Shown: in pieces, positions 1-9,181 of the stretch
How positions within the stretch are numbered: position 1 is the stretch's first letter
Layout: every line of letters starts with the position of its first letter
From: a virus
Taxonomy: Duplodnaviria > Caudoviricetes
DNA: 32,442 bases
Direction: 5' to 3' (one strand)
IMG/VR virus record: IMGVR_UViG_3300020043_000497
Span: 1 to 32,442 of that record
Position numbers and translations under genes: made by a program
Notes under the pieces: generated by a model
The model's database searches: none
What the model was told of the DNA's origin: nothing
Seen by the model: only the letters and a program-made list of their open reading frames with translations

Positions 1-2
1 TT

Positions 3-719
3 GTTGGTATTGTGGGTATTGATGGGGAAGTGGACATGGTGAAAATCAACCCAGAACAACCAGAACCAGTCAAAGAAATCCGCGACATGGACACAGGCAT
101 CTTGATTGAGAAAATTTACAACCCAGGCGTCGGTAAATACGACGTGGTTGTGACCACAGGCCCAAGCTACATGACCAAACGTCAAGAATCTATGGACGCA
201 ATGAGTCAAATTCTGCAAGGCAACCCTCAGTTGTGGGCTGTTGCAGGTGATTTATTCGTTAAAAACATGGATTGGCCTGGCGCTCAAGAGTTGGCAGACC
301 GTTTGGCTAAGACGATTGATCCAAAATTGCTTGAAAATGGTGATAAAGACCCTGCATTGCAGGCTGCTGAACAGCAAATTCAAGCCATGGGTCAAGAAAT
401 GGAACAAATGTACGCCATGATGCAGAATTTCCAGAAATCTGTGGAAGTTCAAGACTTAGAACGTAAGAATTTTGAAGCTGACATCAAGGCATATCAGGCT
501 GAAACCCAGCGAATCAGCGCTGTTTCAGCAGGTATGACTGCCGAGCAGATTCAAGACATTGTAATGGGTACCATTGCAGCCGCTTTGGACACAGGCGACC
601 TAGTTGGTCAAGAGTTACAGCGTGAACCAATGGAAATGCCTGAGATGCCACAGCAAGAAATGATGCCTCAAGAGATGCCAATGGAAGGTCAAGTACCACC
701 TGAAGGGATGCCACAATGA
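3..719 (+). CDS. Portal protein, P22-like, C-terminal part (5' truncated by window edge)
   Basis: Frame is open from the window edge. Contains GKYDVVVTTGPSYMTKRQE and DLFVKNMDWPGAQELADRL, typical of P22-like portals, then a coiled coil and an M/Q/P/E-rich tail. Lies upstream of scaffold and coat. Confidence 0.85.
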   Translation, partial: VGIVGIDGEVDMVKINPEQPEPVKEIRDMDTGILIEKIYNPGVGKYDVVVTTGPSYMTKRQESMDAMSQILQGNPQLWAVAGDLFVKNMDWPGAQELADRLAKTIDPKLLENGDKDPALQAAEQQIQAMGQEMEQMYAMMQNFQKSVEVQDLERKNFEADIKAYQAETQRISAVSAGMTAEQIQDIVMGTIAAALDTGDLVGQELQREPMEMPEMPQQEMMPQEMPMEGQVPPEGMPQ

Positions 720-1078
720 GTTGCGAAAAGTTCGTAGGAATGTTGTTTTTAGCTCGTGATGTGACTCATTCAGCCCATCTGAACACCCGCAGCTATGCAA
801 AACACAAGGCATTACAGAAATTTTACGAGAACATTATTGAACGTGCAGACGCGTTTGCTGAGGCTTATCAAGGTCGTAAGGGTTTAATTGGCCCAATCAG
901 CTTGATGTCTGCAAAAAAGACCAATAATGTGGTTGAGTTTTTAGAAGATCAGCTTGCTGAACTAGAAGCCATGAGATACGATGTGTGCGACAAGACAGAT
1001 AGCCCGTTGCAAAATCTAATTGACGAAATTATTGATTTGTATTTATCAACCCTTTATAAGCTTAAATTCTTAGCATGA
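716..1078 (+). CDS. Dps/ferritin-like four-helix protein (DUF5856-like)
   Basis: THSAHLNTRSYAKHKALQKFYE...ADAFAE resembles the His/His/Asp/Glu pattern of Dps ferroxidase helices. ATGA-coupled to the portal. Confidence 0.65.
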   Translation: MSCEKFVGMLFLARDVTHSAHLNTRSYAKHKALQKFYENIIERADAFAEAYQGRKGLIGPISLMSAKKTNNVVEFLEDQLAELEAMRYDVCDKTDSPLQNLIDEIIDLYLSTLYKLKFLA

Positions 1079-1590
1079 CCGTAACCGTAACCCACTCCAC
1101 CGCAGCAGACGGCACATTTAGTGCTCAAGGCGCATTGGCTTGGGATGCAAACCATACTCTTACGGGTGTGGGGACAATGGCAGAACAAAATGCTAACAAC
1201 GTAGCTATTACTGGTGGGACAGTATCAGGATCAACAATTACGGCCACAACTAAGTTTGTTAGCCCTCATTTTGATGCTGCTAACTCAGGTGGTGGCTCAT
1301 TACGGAATGCAAGCGGCGTAGCTCAACTGCAATGGGGCGGCGGCGGCGGCAACAACTTATCTGTAGATGTAGCTATAAACATTAACCCAGCTAATGCTCA
1401 AGTAGCTATTAGCCCTAGCGGTACTGGCCATGTAGTTATGAAACCTGCGGGGGTTTTGTCTATTGAAATAGCACCTACGAACCCAGGTACCTTAAACAAC
1501 ATGGTTATTGGCGGAACAACGCCTTTGGCCATTACAGGCACTACAATTACCGCAACAAATTATGTAGGTGTTGGTGGGGGTAATTTTTGA
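1075..1590 (+). CDS. Putative virion fibre/appendage protein
   Basis: G/T/N/S-rich, with GTMAEQNANNVAITGG and a C-terminal GGGNF. ATGA-coupled. Confidence 0.55.
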   Translation: MTVTVTHSTAADGTFSAQGALAWDANHTLTGVGTMAEQNANNVAITGGTVSGSTITATTKFVSPHFDAANSGGGSLRNASGVAQLQWGGGGGNNLSVDVAININPANAQVAISPSGTGHVVMKPAGVLSIEIAPTNPGTLNNMVIGGTTPLAITGTTITATNYVGVGGGNF

Positions 1591-1706
1591 TGGATAACTT
1601 TTTTAACGGAAAATTCTTTGCAGGTGGCTTTTTTGGGTCTATCATAGAAGCTGCTGAACAACTTTATGTGAAACTCCGATCATTTACGGAAAGAGGGAGA
1701 TTTTAA
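1590..1706 (+). CDS. Small hypothetical protein (38 aa, MDNFFNGKFFAGGFFGSIIEAAEQLYVKLRSFTERGRF), not in ORF track
   Basis: Translated by hand. Fills the gap exactly, with TGATG overlap upstream and TAATG overlap downstream. Confidence 0.7.
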   Translation: MDNFFNGKFFAGGFFGSIIEAAEQLYVKLRSFTERGRF

Positions 1707-2011
1707 TGGCTATTAACTTAAAAGCGATAACCGTATGTATCGGGTATCAACAAATCACTAGCTTGAGTTCTGCTCAAAGCTTAACAGTGCCTTTATTGGA
1801 CAGAACAGGTCTTAACCAAAGACCTACGTTTGCTTTGATTACACCTGAAACTCAAGGTGTTCGTTGGCGTGATGATGGTACGGCTCCGACATCAACAGTT
1901 GGTATGCCTTTGGCAGCTGGCGTTACATTGCAATACGACGGCGATTTAAATAAAATTCAATTTATTGAGCAAACTAGTTCAGCCAAGCTCAATATTTCAT
2001 ACTACGCGTAA
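1706..2011 (+). CDS. Hypothetical beta-rich protein, probably virion-associated
   Basis: 101-aa coupled ORF in the head operon. Confidence 0.6.
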   Translation: MAINLKAITVCIGYQQITSLSSAQSLTVPLLDRTGLNQRPTFALITPETQGVRWRDDGTAPTSTVGMPLAAGVTLQYDGDLNKIQFIEQTSSAKLNISYYA

Positions 2012-2020
2012 GGATTAGCT

Positions 2021-2518
2021 ATGGACATCTCTAACGGCTCAGGCGGTATCGACTCAAGCAAGTTGGTCGAATATTTCTCTACTCAATTTTTAAAAGACCT
2101 TGGTCAAATGGCCGTATTGCGTGATGAATTGGCAAAACGCCAGGGCGCACTGTCAGCCGTTGAAGATGCTAACAAGCTACGTGCTGAAGCTGATGCTTAT
2201 GCTCAAACTCGTAAAGGTGAAACAGACATTAATTTGGCTCAAGCTAAAGAAGCTAACGCAGTAGCCAAAGCCTTGCAAGCATCATTAGATGCTCGCGAAG
2301 CAGACCTAAACACACGCGAAGGTCAACTAAATAAAGACACAGTCGCACTTGCTAAAGCTGTAGAAGCACACAAGCAAGCTGTAGCAGATGCAGAAGGTGC
2401 TTTACAAAATACAGAAAAAGCTTTAAAAATAGCACAAGATAAATTAGCTGCTGATCAAGCAGCGTTAGATGCACGTGTTAAGGCATTCCAAGACAAAGTT
2501 GCATCTATTAACGTATAA
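2021..2518 (+). CDS. Hypothetical coiled-coil protein
   Basis: A/K/E/L-rich heptad pattern. AAGGA SD upstream. Confidence 0.65.
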   Translation: MDISNGSGGIDSSKLVEYFSTQFLKDLGQMAVLRDELAKRQGALSAVEDANKLRAEADAYAQTRKGETDINLAQAKEANAVAKALQASLDAREADLNTREGQLNKDTVALAKAVEAHKQAVADAEGALQNTEKALKIAQDKLAADQAALDARVKAFQDKVASINV

Positions 2519-2524
2519 GTTTTA

Positions 2525-2563
2525 AACCGTACTGATGCGGTTCATCAGGGTTTCTAAGGAAAC
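2525..2563 (+). promoter_or_regulatory. Structured 5' leader of the scaffold gene (interlocking stems plus an SD-sequestering hairpin)
   Basis: AACCG(2525-29) pairs with CGGTT(2538-42), and CTGATG(2532-37) with CATCAG(2543-48). GTTTC-TAAG-GAAAC(2550-63) covers the AAGGA SD. Confidence 0.55.
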
Positions 2564-2568
2564 AAAAA

Positions 2569-3360
2569 ATGGACGAAAGTCAAGAAGTAATACCAGCGGA
2601 AGTACCCGCGCCAGAACTGGAAGCAACGGCTGCACCAGAGTCTGAAGTAGTAGCGCCGGAAGAAACGCCAGTTGAGCAGGCCGCTAAGACCTTCACACAA
2701 GAAGAATTAGACGCTGCGATTGGCAAAAGGCTCGCAAGAGAGCAACGTAAGTGGGAAAGAGAACAGGCTGCAAAGCAAGCAGAAATGCAAGCCAAGCGCG
2801 CAGTACCAGCCGAACTCCCGCCTGTCGATTCGTTTGAATCGCCTGAAGATTATGCCGATGCACTGGCAGAACGTAAGGCAGAAGAACTACTCGCCAGACG
2901 AGAGCAAGCTAAACAGCAAGCCGAACTCCTTGAGGCATTCCACGACCGTGAAGAAGAAGCTAGGACTAAATATGATGACTTTGAACAAGTTGCCTACAAC
3001 CCTAAACTTCCAATCACAGACGCAATGGCTCAAACGATTCAGTCGTCCGAAGTTGGGCCAGATATTGCTTATTATTTAGGCAGTAACCCCAAGGAAGCTG
3101 AACGTATTTCACGCTTATCTGCACTGATGCAAGCAAGAGAAATTGGAAAGATTGAAAGCAAACTTGCTGACAGTCCGCCCGTAAAGAAAACCTCGAATGC
3201 TCCGGCACCGATTGCTCCAGTGACGGCACGATCCAGCAGTGGATCACCTGCATACGATACAACTGACCCACGCTCAACTAAAAGCATGAGCACGTCAGAA
3301 TGGATTGAAGCAGAACGCCAACGCCAGATCAAAAAGTACGAGGCTCAGAGAAACCGCTAA
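2569..3360 (+). CDS. Capsid scaffolding protein
   Basis: Acidic P/E/A-rich N-terminus, KTFTQEELDAAIGKRLARE, a coiled coil and a basic C-terminal helix. Directly upstream of the coat gene. Confidence 0.8.
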   Translation: MDESQEVIPAEVPAPELEATAAPESEVVAPEETPVEQAAKTFTQEELDAAIGKRLAREQRKWEREQAAKQAEMQAKRAVPAELPPVDSFESPEDYADALAERKAEELLARREQAKQQAELLEAFHDREEEARTKYDDFEQVAYNPKLPITDAMAQTIQSSEVGPDIAYYLGSNPKEAERISRLSALMQAREIGKIESKLADSPPVKKTSNAPAPIAPVTARSSSGSPAYDTTDPRSTKSMSTSEWIEAERQRQIKKYEAQRNR

Positions 3361-3380
3361 CCATTTTTTGAAAGAATAAT

Positions 3381-4583
3381 ATGTCAAACTCAATCTTAAC
3401 CATTGACATGATTACTCGTAAGGCCCTAGAAATCCTCGAGAACAATCTTGTCTTAACTCGTAACGTAAACCGTCAATATGACGATTCATTCGCTGTAGAA
3501 GGCGCTAAAATTGGTTCTACATTGCGTATCCGCTTACCGGATCGTACTTTAGTAACTGACGGCGCTGCTTTGCAAGTTCAAGCAGACAACGAACAGTTCA
3601 CAACTTTGTCAGTTGCTTCACAAAAGCACATTGGCGTGAACTTCACATCTGCTGAATTGACAATGCAGTTAGACGACTTTGCAGAGCGTGTTTTAAAACC
3701 ACGTATCTCTCAGTTGGCTTCTTCTATCGACGCTGACGTAGCAAATGCTTACAAAGCAATCGCTAACTCAGTTGGTACTCCTGGAACTACTCCAGCTACT
3801 TCTTTAGTATTGTTGCAAGCTCAACAAAAACTAAACGAAAACGCTGCTGTTATGTCACCACGCTACGCTACTGTTAACCCAGCAGCTAACGCTGGCTTAG
3901 TTGAAGGTATGAAAGGTTTGTTCAACCCAACAGACACAATCAGCCGTCAATTCAAGAACGGTATGATGGGTATGGGTGTTCTAGGCTTCGACGAAGTTAA
4001 TATGTCACAGTCTATCAAGCAACACACAAACGGCGACTGGGGTACAACTATCACTGTAACTTCAACAGTTACAACTGAAGGTCAAGCCACATTGCCAATC
4101 AGCTTTACTGGCTCAAGCAAGACTTGGAACGTTGGTGACGTGTTCACTATCGCTGGTGTATACGCTGTTAACCCACAAACTCGCGAATCAACTGGCTCAT
4201 TGCAACAGTTCACTGTAACTGCTGCTGCGACTGGTTCTTCAACAGCTACATTAAACATCAGCCCAGCGTTGTTCTCATCTAGCCAAGCTTTGGCTACTGT
4301 GACTTCATTGCCTGCCGCTTCTGCTGTAGTAACTATGTTGGGTAATGCTACTGGCCAATACGCTCAAAACTTGGTATACCACAAAGATGCAATCACATTC
4401 GCGACTGCTGACTTGTTGATGCCACAGGGCGTAGACATGGCGTCACGTCAAGTTCACAACGGTATCTCAATGCGTATTGTTCGCCAATACGACATTAACA
4501 ACGACCGTTTGCCTTGCCGTATCGACGTTCTTTATGGCTACAGCACAATCCGTCCACAGATGGCCTGCCGTATTTGGGGCTAA
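3381..4583 (+). CDS. Major capsid protein, P22 gp5-like
   Basis: MSNSILTIDMITRKALEILENNL...KIGSTLRIRLP and C-terminal CRIDVLYG are characteristic. Strongly biased codon usage; followed by a terminator. Confidence 0.92.
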   Translation: MSNSILTIDMITRKALEILENNLVLTRNVNRQYDDSFAVEGAKIGSTLRIRLPDRTLVTDGAALQVQADNEQFTTLSVASQKHIGVNFTSAELTMQLDDFAERVLKPRISQLASSIDADVANAYKAIANSVGTPGTTPATSLVLLQAQQKLNENAAVMSPRYATVNPAANAGLVEGMKGLFNPTDTISRQFKNGMMGMGVLGFDEVNMSQSIKQHTNGDWGTTITVTSTVTTEGQATLPISFTGSSKTWNVGDVFTIAGVYAVNPQTRESTGSLQQFTVTAAATGSSTATLNISPALFSSSQALATVTSLPAASAVVTMLGNATGQYAQNLVYHKDAITFATADLLMPQGVDMASRQVHNGISMRIVRQYDINNDRLPCRIDVLYGYSTIRPQMACRIWG

Positions 4584-4590
4584 TCGAATC

Positions 4591-4615
4591 GCTCCCGCGC
4601 AAGCGGGGGCTTTTT
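4591..4615 (+). terminator. Intrinsic terminator after the coat gene
   Basis: GCTCCCGC-GCAA-GCGGGGGC stem with a GNRA loop, followed by TTTTT. Confidence 0.8.
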
Positions 4616-4641
4616 AAACATATTTTTTAAGGAAACACATC

Positions 4642-5052
4642 ATGGCTCAAGCTCCATTACCAAACGGTACAGGTGGTTATCAACTAGGCGACGGTACAGT
4701 CGGCGAAGCGATCCTTTCTGTTCAAGGCGCTCCAACGGCATTGACCGCTGCGGCAACTGCAACTGCTGCTCAACTAGCTGCAGGCTTGTTTACTTTTAAC
4801 GGTACTGCTGGCAATCTTACATTGCCAACTGTTGCTGATCTAGAAGAAGGCATCCCTAGCGCAACTAAAGTTAACGCTGCATTTGACTTTTTTATCATCA
4901 ACATTGATGCTTCTGGTTCTGATTCAGTCACTTTGGCTGTAGGCACTGGTTGGACAATCGTTGGCGCAGCTGCAGTAGCTGTTAACACTTCAGGTCACTT
5001 CCGCGCTCGTAAAACAGCCGAAGGTGCTTGGACTGCATACCGCATTAGCTAA
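4642..5052 (+). CDS. Putative capsid decoration/minor head protein
   Basis: A/T/G-rich 136 aa right after the coat gene, with coat-like codon bias and an AAGGA SD. Confidence 0.6.
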   Translation: MAQAPLPNGTGGYQLGDGTVGEAILSVQGAPTALTAAATATAAQLAAGLFTFNGTAGNLTLPTVADLEEGIPSATKVNAAFDFFIINIDASGSDSVTLAVGTGWTIVGAAAVAVNTSGHFRARKTAEGAWTAYRIS

Positions 5053-5060
5053 TGTAATAC

Positions 5061-5093
5061 CCCCGTCCTTCGGGGCGGGGTTTAACTTTTTTT
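5061..5093 (+). terminator. Intrinsic terminator
   Basis: CCCCGTCC-TTCG-GGGCGGGG (cUUCGg loop), followed by TTTAACTTTTTTT. Confidence 0.75.
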
Positions 5094-5116
5094 GGAATTG
5101 ATAAAGGAGTTTTACT

Positions 5117-5701
5117 ATGGCAAATAATAAGCCAATCGGCGTAGCTTACGCTGACCCACAACTAGATTCATACCAAGTTGGTACTTCAGGCGCGCCTATC
5201 GCTATTTCATCAGCAGGCGTATTGAACGGTGCTTACGCAACTACTTCAGCAACTTCAGGCGACACACGTCTTAACTACAGCCGTTTGACATTCACGTCAA
5301 CTGGTTCTGGCGAAACTAGCCGTGTATTCTCAGTCGTTACTGGCGCAGGTGCCGCAGCAGCCGGCACTATTAACGGCGAGCACGTAAGCTTGTCTATTAA
5401 CGGTTCAGGCACAATCAGCGGTGCAGGTAACGCATTACGTGCAACTATCGGCGGTTCATCTACTAACCCAGGCGGTACTTTGGCAGCTATCCAAGCTGAC
5501 TCAGATTTTGCTACTGGCGGTACTTGGACAAACGCATCGTTTATTCGTTTTACAAACAGCGGTACAGGCACTGTATCTAACTTGTTTAATGTTCCTACTG
5601 CAATGGTTGCGGCTGAAACCGCAGCGGCTGTTAGCCACACAATTAGAATCGTTGCCGCAGACGGTACGCCTTACTACTTGATGGTTTCTAACGCAGCATA
5701 A
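5117..5701 (+). CDS. Putative virion structural protein (G/S/T/A-rich, head fibre-like)
   Basis: AAGGAG SD; composition and position in the head operon. Confidence 0.6.
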   Translation: MANNKPIGVAYADPQLDSYQVGTSGAPIAISSAGVLNGAYATTSATSGDTRLNYSRLTFTSTGSGETSRVFSVVTGAGAAAAGTINGEHVSLSINGSGTISGAGNALRATIGGSSTNPGGTLAAIQADSDFATGGTWTNASFIRFTNSGTGTVSNLFNVPTAMVAAETAAAVSHTIRIVAADGTPYYLMVSNAA

Positions 5702-5859
5702 TGCAGATCAATAAAGAGTTTTTGCAAGCTGAAATCTCTGCCCTAGAGCAAGAATCACAGAAGGCTCACACCTTCTTGATTCAAGCTCAGGCAACAATTT
5801 CCGCGTATAGAATGTTAATCAACAAGCTAGACGAACCAGAAATTAAAGAAGAAAGCTAA
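5701..5859 (+). CDS. Small helical hypothetical protein (52 aa, MQINKEFLQAEISALEQESQKAH...), not in ORF track
   Basis: Translated by hand. TAATG overlaps at both ends. Confidence 0.75.
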   Translation: MQINKEFLQAEISALEQESQKAHTFLIQAQATISAYRMLINKLDEPEIKEES

Positions 5860-6071
5860 TGCCACTTATATACTTACAACACCCAGATCACGGCAGTAAA
5901 GTTGCCACAATGGAACAAGAAGCCGAAAATGATGAACAAAACGGCTGGACACGCTATACTATCGACACGCCAACTCCTGTAGTTGAAGTGGTCGAAGAAC
6001 AGGTTGAAGAACCAGTTGCTGTCGAAGTTGTAAATACATTGAAGCCAAAATCAAGACGTAAAACAGCTTAA
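5859..6071 (+). CDS. Hypothetical protein (70 aa)
   Basis: Coupled ORF with an acidic middle and a basic C-terminus. Confidence 0.7.
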   Translation: MPLIYLQHPDHGSKVATMEQEAENDEQNGWTRYTIDTPTPVVEVVEEQVEEPVAVEVVNTLKPKSRRKTA

Positions 6072-6082
6072 AGGAGTCGGCC

Positions 6083-6793
6083 ATGACCACGGCGAATGAC
6101 CAAATTAACGGCGCATTGCGCTTACTAGGGGTGTTAGCCGAGGGTGAAACGCCATCTGCAGCAACGTCACAAGACGCGTTAGCTGCGCTCAATCAGATGA
6201 TTGACTCATGGAACACTGAACGTTTATCTGTCTACGCAACCATAGACCAAGTAAAAACTTGGCTACCAAATCAAATATCTAACACGCTTGGCCCTACAGG
6301 GTCGCTTGTTGGACAACGCCCTATCTTGGTCGATGATGCAACATACTTCCGTGATCCGTCTAACAACATCTCGTTTGGTATCAAGCTGATCAACCAACAA
6401 CAATACAACGGTATTGCAGTTAAAACAGTCACATCCACGTATCCGCAGGTAATGTGGGTCAATATGACCTACCCTGACATTGAAGTGTATGTATACCCAG
6501 TACCTACTAAGCCGCTTGAGTTCCACTTTGTATCGGTTGAGCCAATTACTAACGTACCTAGCTTGTCAACTGACATCACCATGCCACCTGGCTATTTGAG
6601 AGCGTTTAAATACAATTTGGCGCTTGAAATTGCAGCCGAGTTCGGTATTAACCCTAACCCGCAGGTGTCACGTATTGCTATGACATCTAAGCGTAACTTG
6701 AAGCGCATCAACAATCCTGACGACATCATGGCGCTGCCATACAGCTTGGTAGCGACTCGTCAGCGCTTCAACATCTACAGCGGTAACTTCTAA
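6083..6793 (+). CDS. Head-tail adaptor, P22 gp4-like
   Basis: N-terminus INGALRLLGVLAEGETPS...DALAALNQMIDSW fits gp4-like adaptors. Precedes the gp10-like gene; AAGGAG SD. Confidence 0.75.
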   Translation: MTTANDQINGALRLLGVLAEGETPSAATSQDALAALNQMIDSWNTERLSVYATIDQVKTWLPNQISNTLGPTGSLVGQRPILVDDATYFRDPSNNISFGIKLINQQQYNGIAVKTVTSTYPQVMWVNMTYPDIEVYVYPVPTKPLEFHFVSVEPITNVPSLSTDITMPPGYLRAFKYNLALEIAAEFGINPNPQVSRIAMTSKRNLKRINNPDDIMALPYSLVATRQRFNIYSGNF

Positions 6794-8232
6794 TGCAGAC
6801 GCCTATCTTAGGACAGGCGTACGTCGCTCGCAGTGTTAACGCGGCGGATAACCGCATGGTCAACCTTTTCCCTGAAGCCATCCCTAATGAAGGTCAAACC
6901 GCAGGGTGGCTACAACGCGCCCCTGGCTTGCGTTTGTTAGCTAGTATTGGTCTTGGCCCTATTCGTGGCTTGTGGGCTTTTCAAGCAGACGCAAGCATTG
7001 CTTTTGTTGTGTCAGGTAATAGCTTATACAAGATTGACACTAGCTACACAGCAACTTTGCTAGGCACAATTGCAGGTACTGGCCCAGTCAGCATGGCTGA
7101 CAACGGTACTCAGTTAGCTATTGCAGCCAACCCGCAAGGCTACGTGTACAACAAAACAACTAACGTATTCACGCAAATAACTGATCCTGACTTTCCAGGC
7201 GCAGTGACTGTGGCTTATTTAGATGGTTACTTTGTGTTTAACGAGCCAAACAGCCAAAAAGTATGGGTTACAGCCATTTTAGACGGCACTAGCGTTGATC
7301 CGTTAGACTTTGCCAGCGCAGAAGGCTCACCAGACGGTTTAACAGCCGTGGTGGTCAATAACCGTGAAGTTTGGTTGATGGGTACTAATTCAATTGAGGT
7401 TTGGTACGACGCAGGTACGCCTGACTTCCCTTTAGCACGTATCCAAGGTGCCGCCAACGAGATTGGCTGTCTTGCACCATACTCAGTAGCCAAAGCGGAT
7501 AACAGCGTGTTCTGGCTAGGTTCTGACGCCCGTGGTAGCGGTATTGTCTATAGGTCTAATGGCTACACAGGCGTCCGCGCGTCTAATCACTCAATCGAAT
7601 GGCAAATCCAACAGTACGGCGATGTAACTGACGCGGTTGCTTACACTTATCAACAAGACGGTCACACTTTCTACGTTCTTAATTTCCCAAGTGCAAACAA
7701 AACGTGGGTTTACGACGTTATTACGCAATCGTGGCATGAACGGGCAGGTTGGGATAACGGCTCATTTACTCGCCATCGTAGCAACTGTCAGATGAACTTT
7801 AATAGTGAAATCATCGTGGGTGACTACGAAAACGGCAACATTTACGCTTTTGACCTAGATGTCAGTAGCGACAACGGTGCGATTCAGAAGTGGCTTAGGT
7901 CATGGAGAGCGTTGCCATCAGGCACTAACAACCTCAAACGTACGGCTCAACACAGCTTACAACTCAACTGCGAAACAGGTGTTGGTTTAAATTTAGGTCA
8001 GGGCAGCGACCCAGAGGTGATGATGCGTTGGTCAGATGATGGTGGTCATACATGGTCAAGCGAGCATTGGACTAAGATGGGCCGTATCGGCGCGTTTGGT
8101 TTCCGTGCGTTTTGGCGTCGTCTAGGTATGACTTTAAAGCTACGTGACCGCGTGTATGAGGTGTCAGGCACGGATCCAGTCAAGATTGCTATTGTGGGCG
8201 CTGAACTGATTGTTGACGGAACGAATGCGTAA
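6793..8232 (+). CDS. Packaged-DNA stabilisation/tail hub protein, P22 gp10-like
   Basis: 479-aa beta-rich protein with DFASAEGSPD, YQQDGHTFYVLNFP and WSDDGGHTWS. Size and synteny match gp10. Confidence 0.88.
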   Translation: MQTPILGQAYVARSVNAADNRMVNLFPEAIPNEGQTAGWLQRAPGLRLLASIGLGPIRGLWAFQADASIAFVVSGNSLYKIDTSYTATLLGTIAGTGPVSMADNGTQLAIAANPQGYVYNKTTNVFTQITDPDFPGAVTVAYLDGYFVFNEPNSQKVWVTAILDGTSVDPLDFASAEGSPDGLTAVVVNNREVWLMGTNSIEVWYDAGTPDFPLARIQGAANEIGCLAPYSVAKADNSVFWLGSDARGSGIVYRSNGYTGVRASNHSIEWQIQQYGDVTDAVAYTYQQDGHTFYVLNFPSANKTWVYDVITQSWHERAGWDNGSFTRHRSNCQMNFNSEIIVGDYENGNIYAFDLDVSSDNGAIQKWLRSWRALPSGTNNLKRTAQHSLQLNCETGVGLNLGQGSDPEVMMRWSDDGGHTWSSEHWTKMGRIGAFGFRAFWRRLGMTLKLRDRVYEVSGTDPVKIAIVGAELIVDGTNA

Positions 8233-8621
8233 TGGCTAGTCCGTTAAACATTACCAAAATACCCGCCCCACGGGTACAGATTATTGACCCTACGACAGGG
8301 TTGATTTCGCGTGAATGGTATCGTTTCTTTTTAAATCTGTTTGATTTGACAGGCGCAGGCACTAACCCAACATCTTTAGAAGATATACAGCAAGGGCCGC
8401 CGACTGTAACAATTGATGAATTTACAGCAATTATCAATCGCACTAGCAATGCAGACTTAGCACCAACATACGAATTAGGTACAATCTCCCCACAGAACTC
8501 CGACAACGTATCCATCACAGGCGGTAACATTGATGGCACTCCGATAGGTGATACGACGACTAGTTCAGGTAAGTTCACAACATTAAATGCAACTGGCGGT
8601 ATTGGTGGGGGTAATTTTTAA
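8232..8621 (+). CDS. Tail-associated protein
   Basis: ISREWYRFFLNL N-domain, GTISPQNSDNVSITGG and a C-terminal GGGNF. TAATG-coupled to the gp10-like gene. Confidence 0.6.
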   Translation: MASPLNITKIPAPRVQIIDPTTGLISREWYRFFLNLFDLTGAGTNPTSLEDIQQGPPTVTIDEFTAIINRTSNADLAPTYELGTISPQNSDNVSITGGNIDGTPIGDTTTSSGKFTTLNATGGIGGGNF

Positions 8622-8649
8622 TGACATTTAATTCAAAACATCATAGAAT
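8621..8649 (+). promoter_or_regulatory. Putative sigma70 promoter ahead of the fibre/tailspike block
   Basis: ATGACA-N17-TAGAAT (5/6 and 5/6 matches to consensus) in an AT-rich gap, followed by an AGGAG SD. Confidence 0.5.
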
Positions 8650-8672
8650 TAGGCTAAATTTAGGAGCTATTT

Positions 8673-9179
8673 ATGGCCGTTAATCTTTCTCCCGTTGGTG
8701 GCGTAGCCGCCCAGTTCTTTGATAATAGCGGCAACGTGTTGACCGGCGGTAAGTTGCAGACTTATTTGGCAGGCACAACTACTCCAGCAGTTACTTATAC
8801 AACTAGCGCAGGTAATGTACCTTGGTCTAATCCTATTGTGTTAAACGCTTCTGGTCGTGTATCTGGATCAGGTGAAATTTGGTTAACCGCAGGAATTACG
8901 TACAAATTTATATTAACTGATAGCAATAACGTATTAATTGGCACTTACGACAACATTACAGGTTTAAACGACGCACCTTTTACTAACATTGTTAATTTTA
9001 CAGGTAATGGGGTACAAGTTTCGTTTACATTACCTGAAGCACCAATATCTGAAAATTTTATAAACGTGTTTATTGACGGCGTATATCAATTTAAAAATAC
9101 GTTTTCAATTACTAGTGGGACAACATTGTTATTTTCTGAAGCGCCGCCATTTAATTCAAAAATTGAAGTGGAGTATTAA
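8673..9179 (+). CDS. Tailspike/fibre attachment (adaptor) protein
   Basis: QFFDNSGNVLTGGKL..YLAGTTTP...NPIVLNASGR resembles virion-binding N-domains of podovirus spikes. Short C-terminal FTGNG...VFIDGVYQ module; no catalytic domain. Confidence 0.6.
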   Translation: MAVNLSPVGGVAAQFFDNSGNVLTGGKLQTYLAGTTTPAVTYTTSAGNVPWSNPIVLNASGRVSGSGEIWLTAGITYKFILTDSNNVLIGTYDNITGLNDAPFTNIVNFTGNGVQVSFTLPEAPISENFINVFIDGVYQFKNTFSITSGTTLLFSEAPPFNSKIEVEY

Positions 9180-9181
9180 GC

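Noticed and set aside
620-716. ATGCC-rich quasi-repeats at the portal 3' end
   Set aside because: They reflect a low-complexity M/P/Q/E protein tail, not a DNA repeat array.
1581-1592. Programmed frameshift at AATTTTTGA fusing the fibre-like gene to the 38-aa ORF
   Set aside because: There is no canonical in-frame slippery heptamer. The TGATG overlap explains the arrangement as ordinary coupling.
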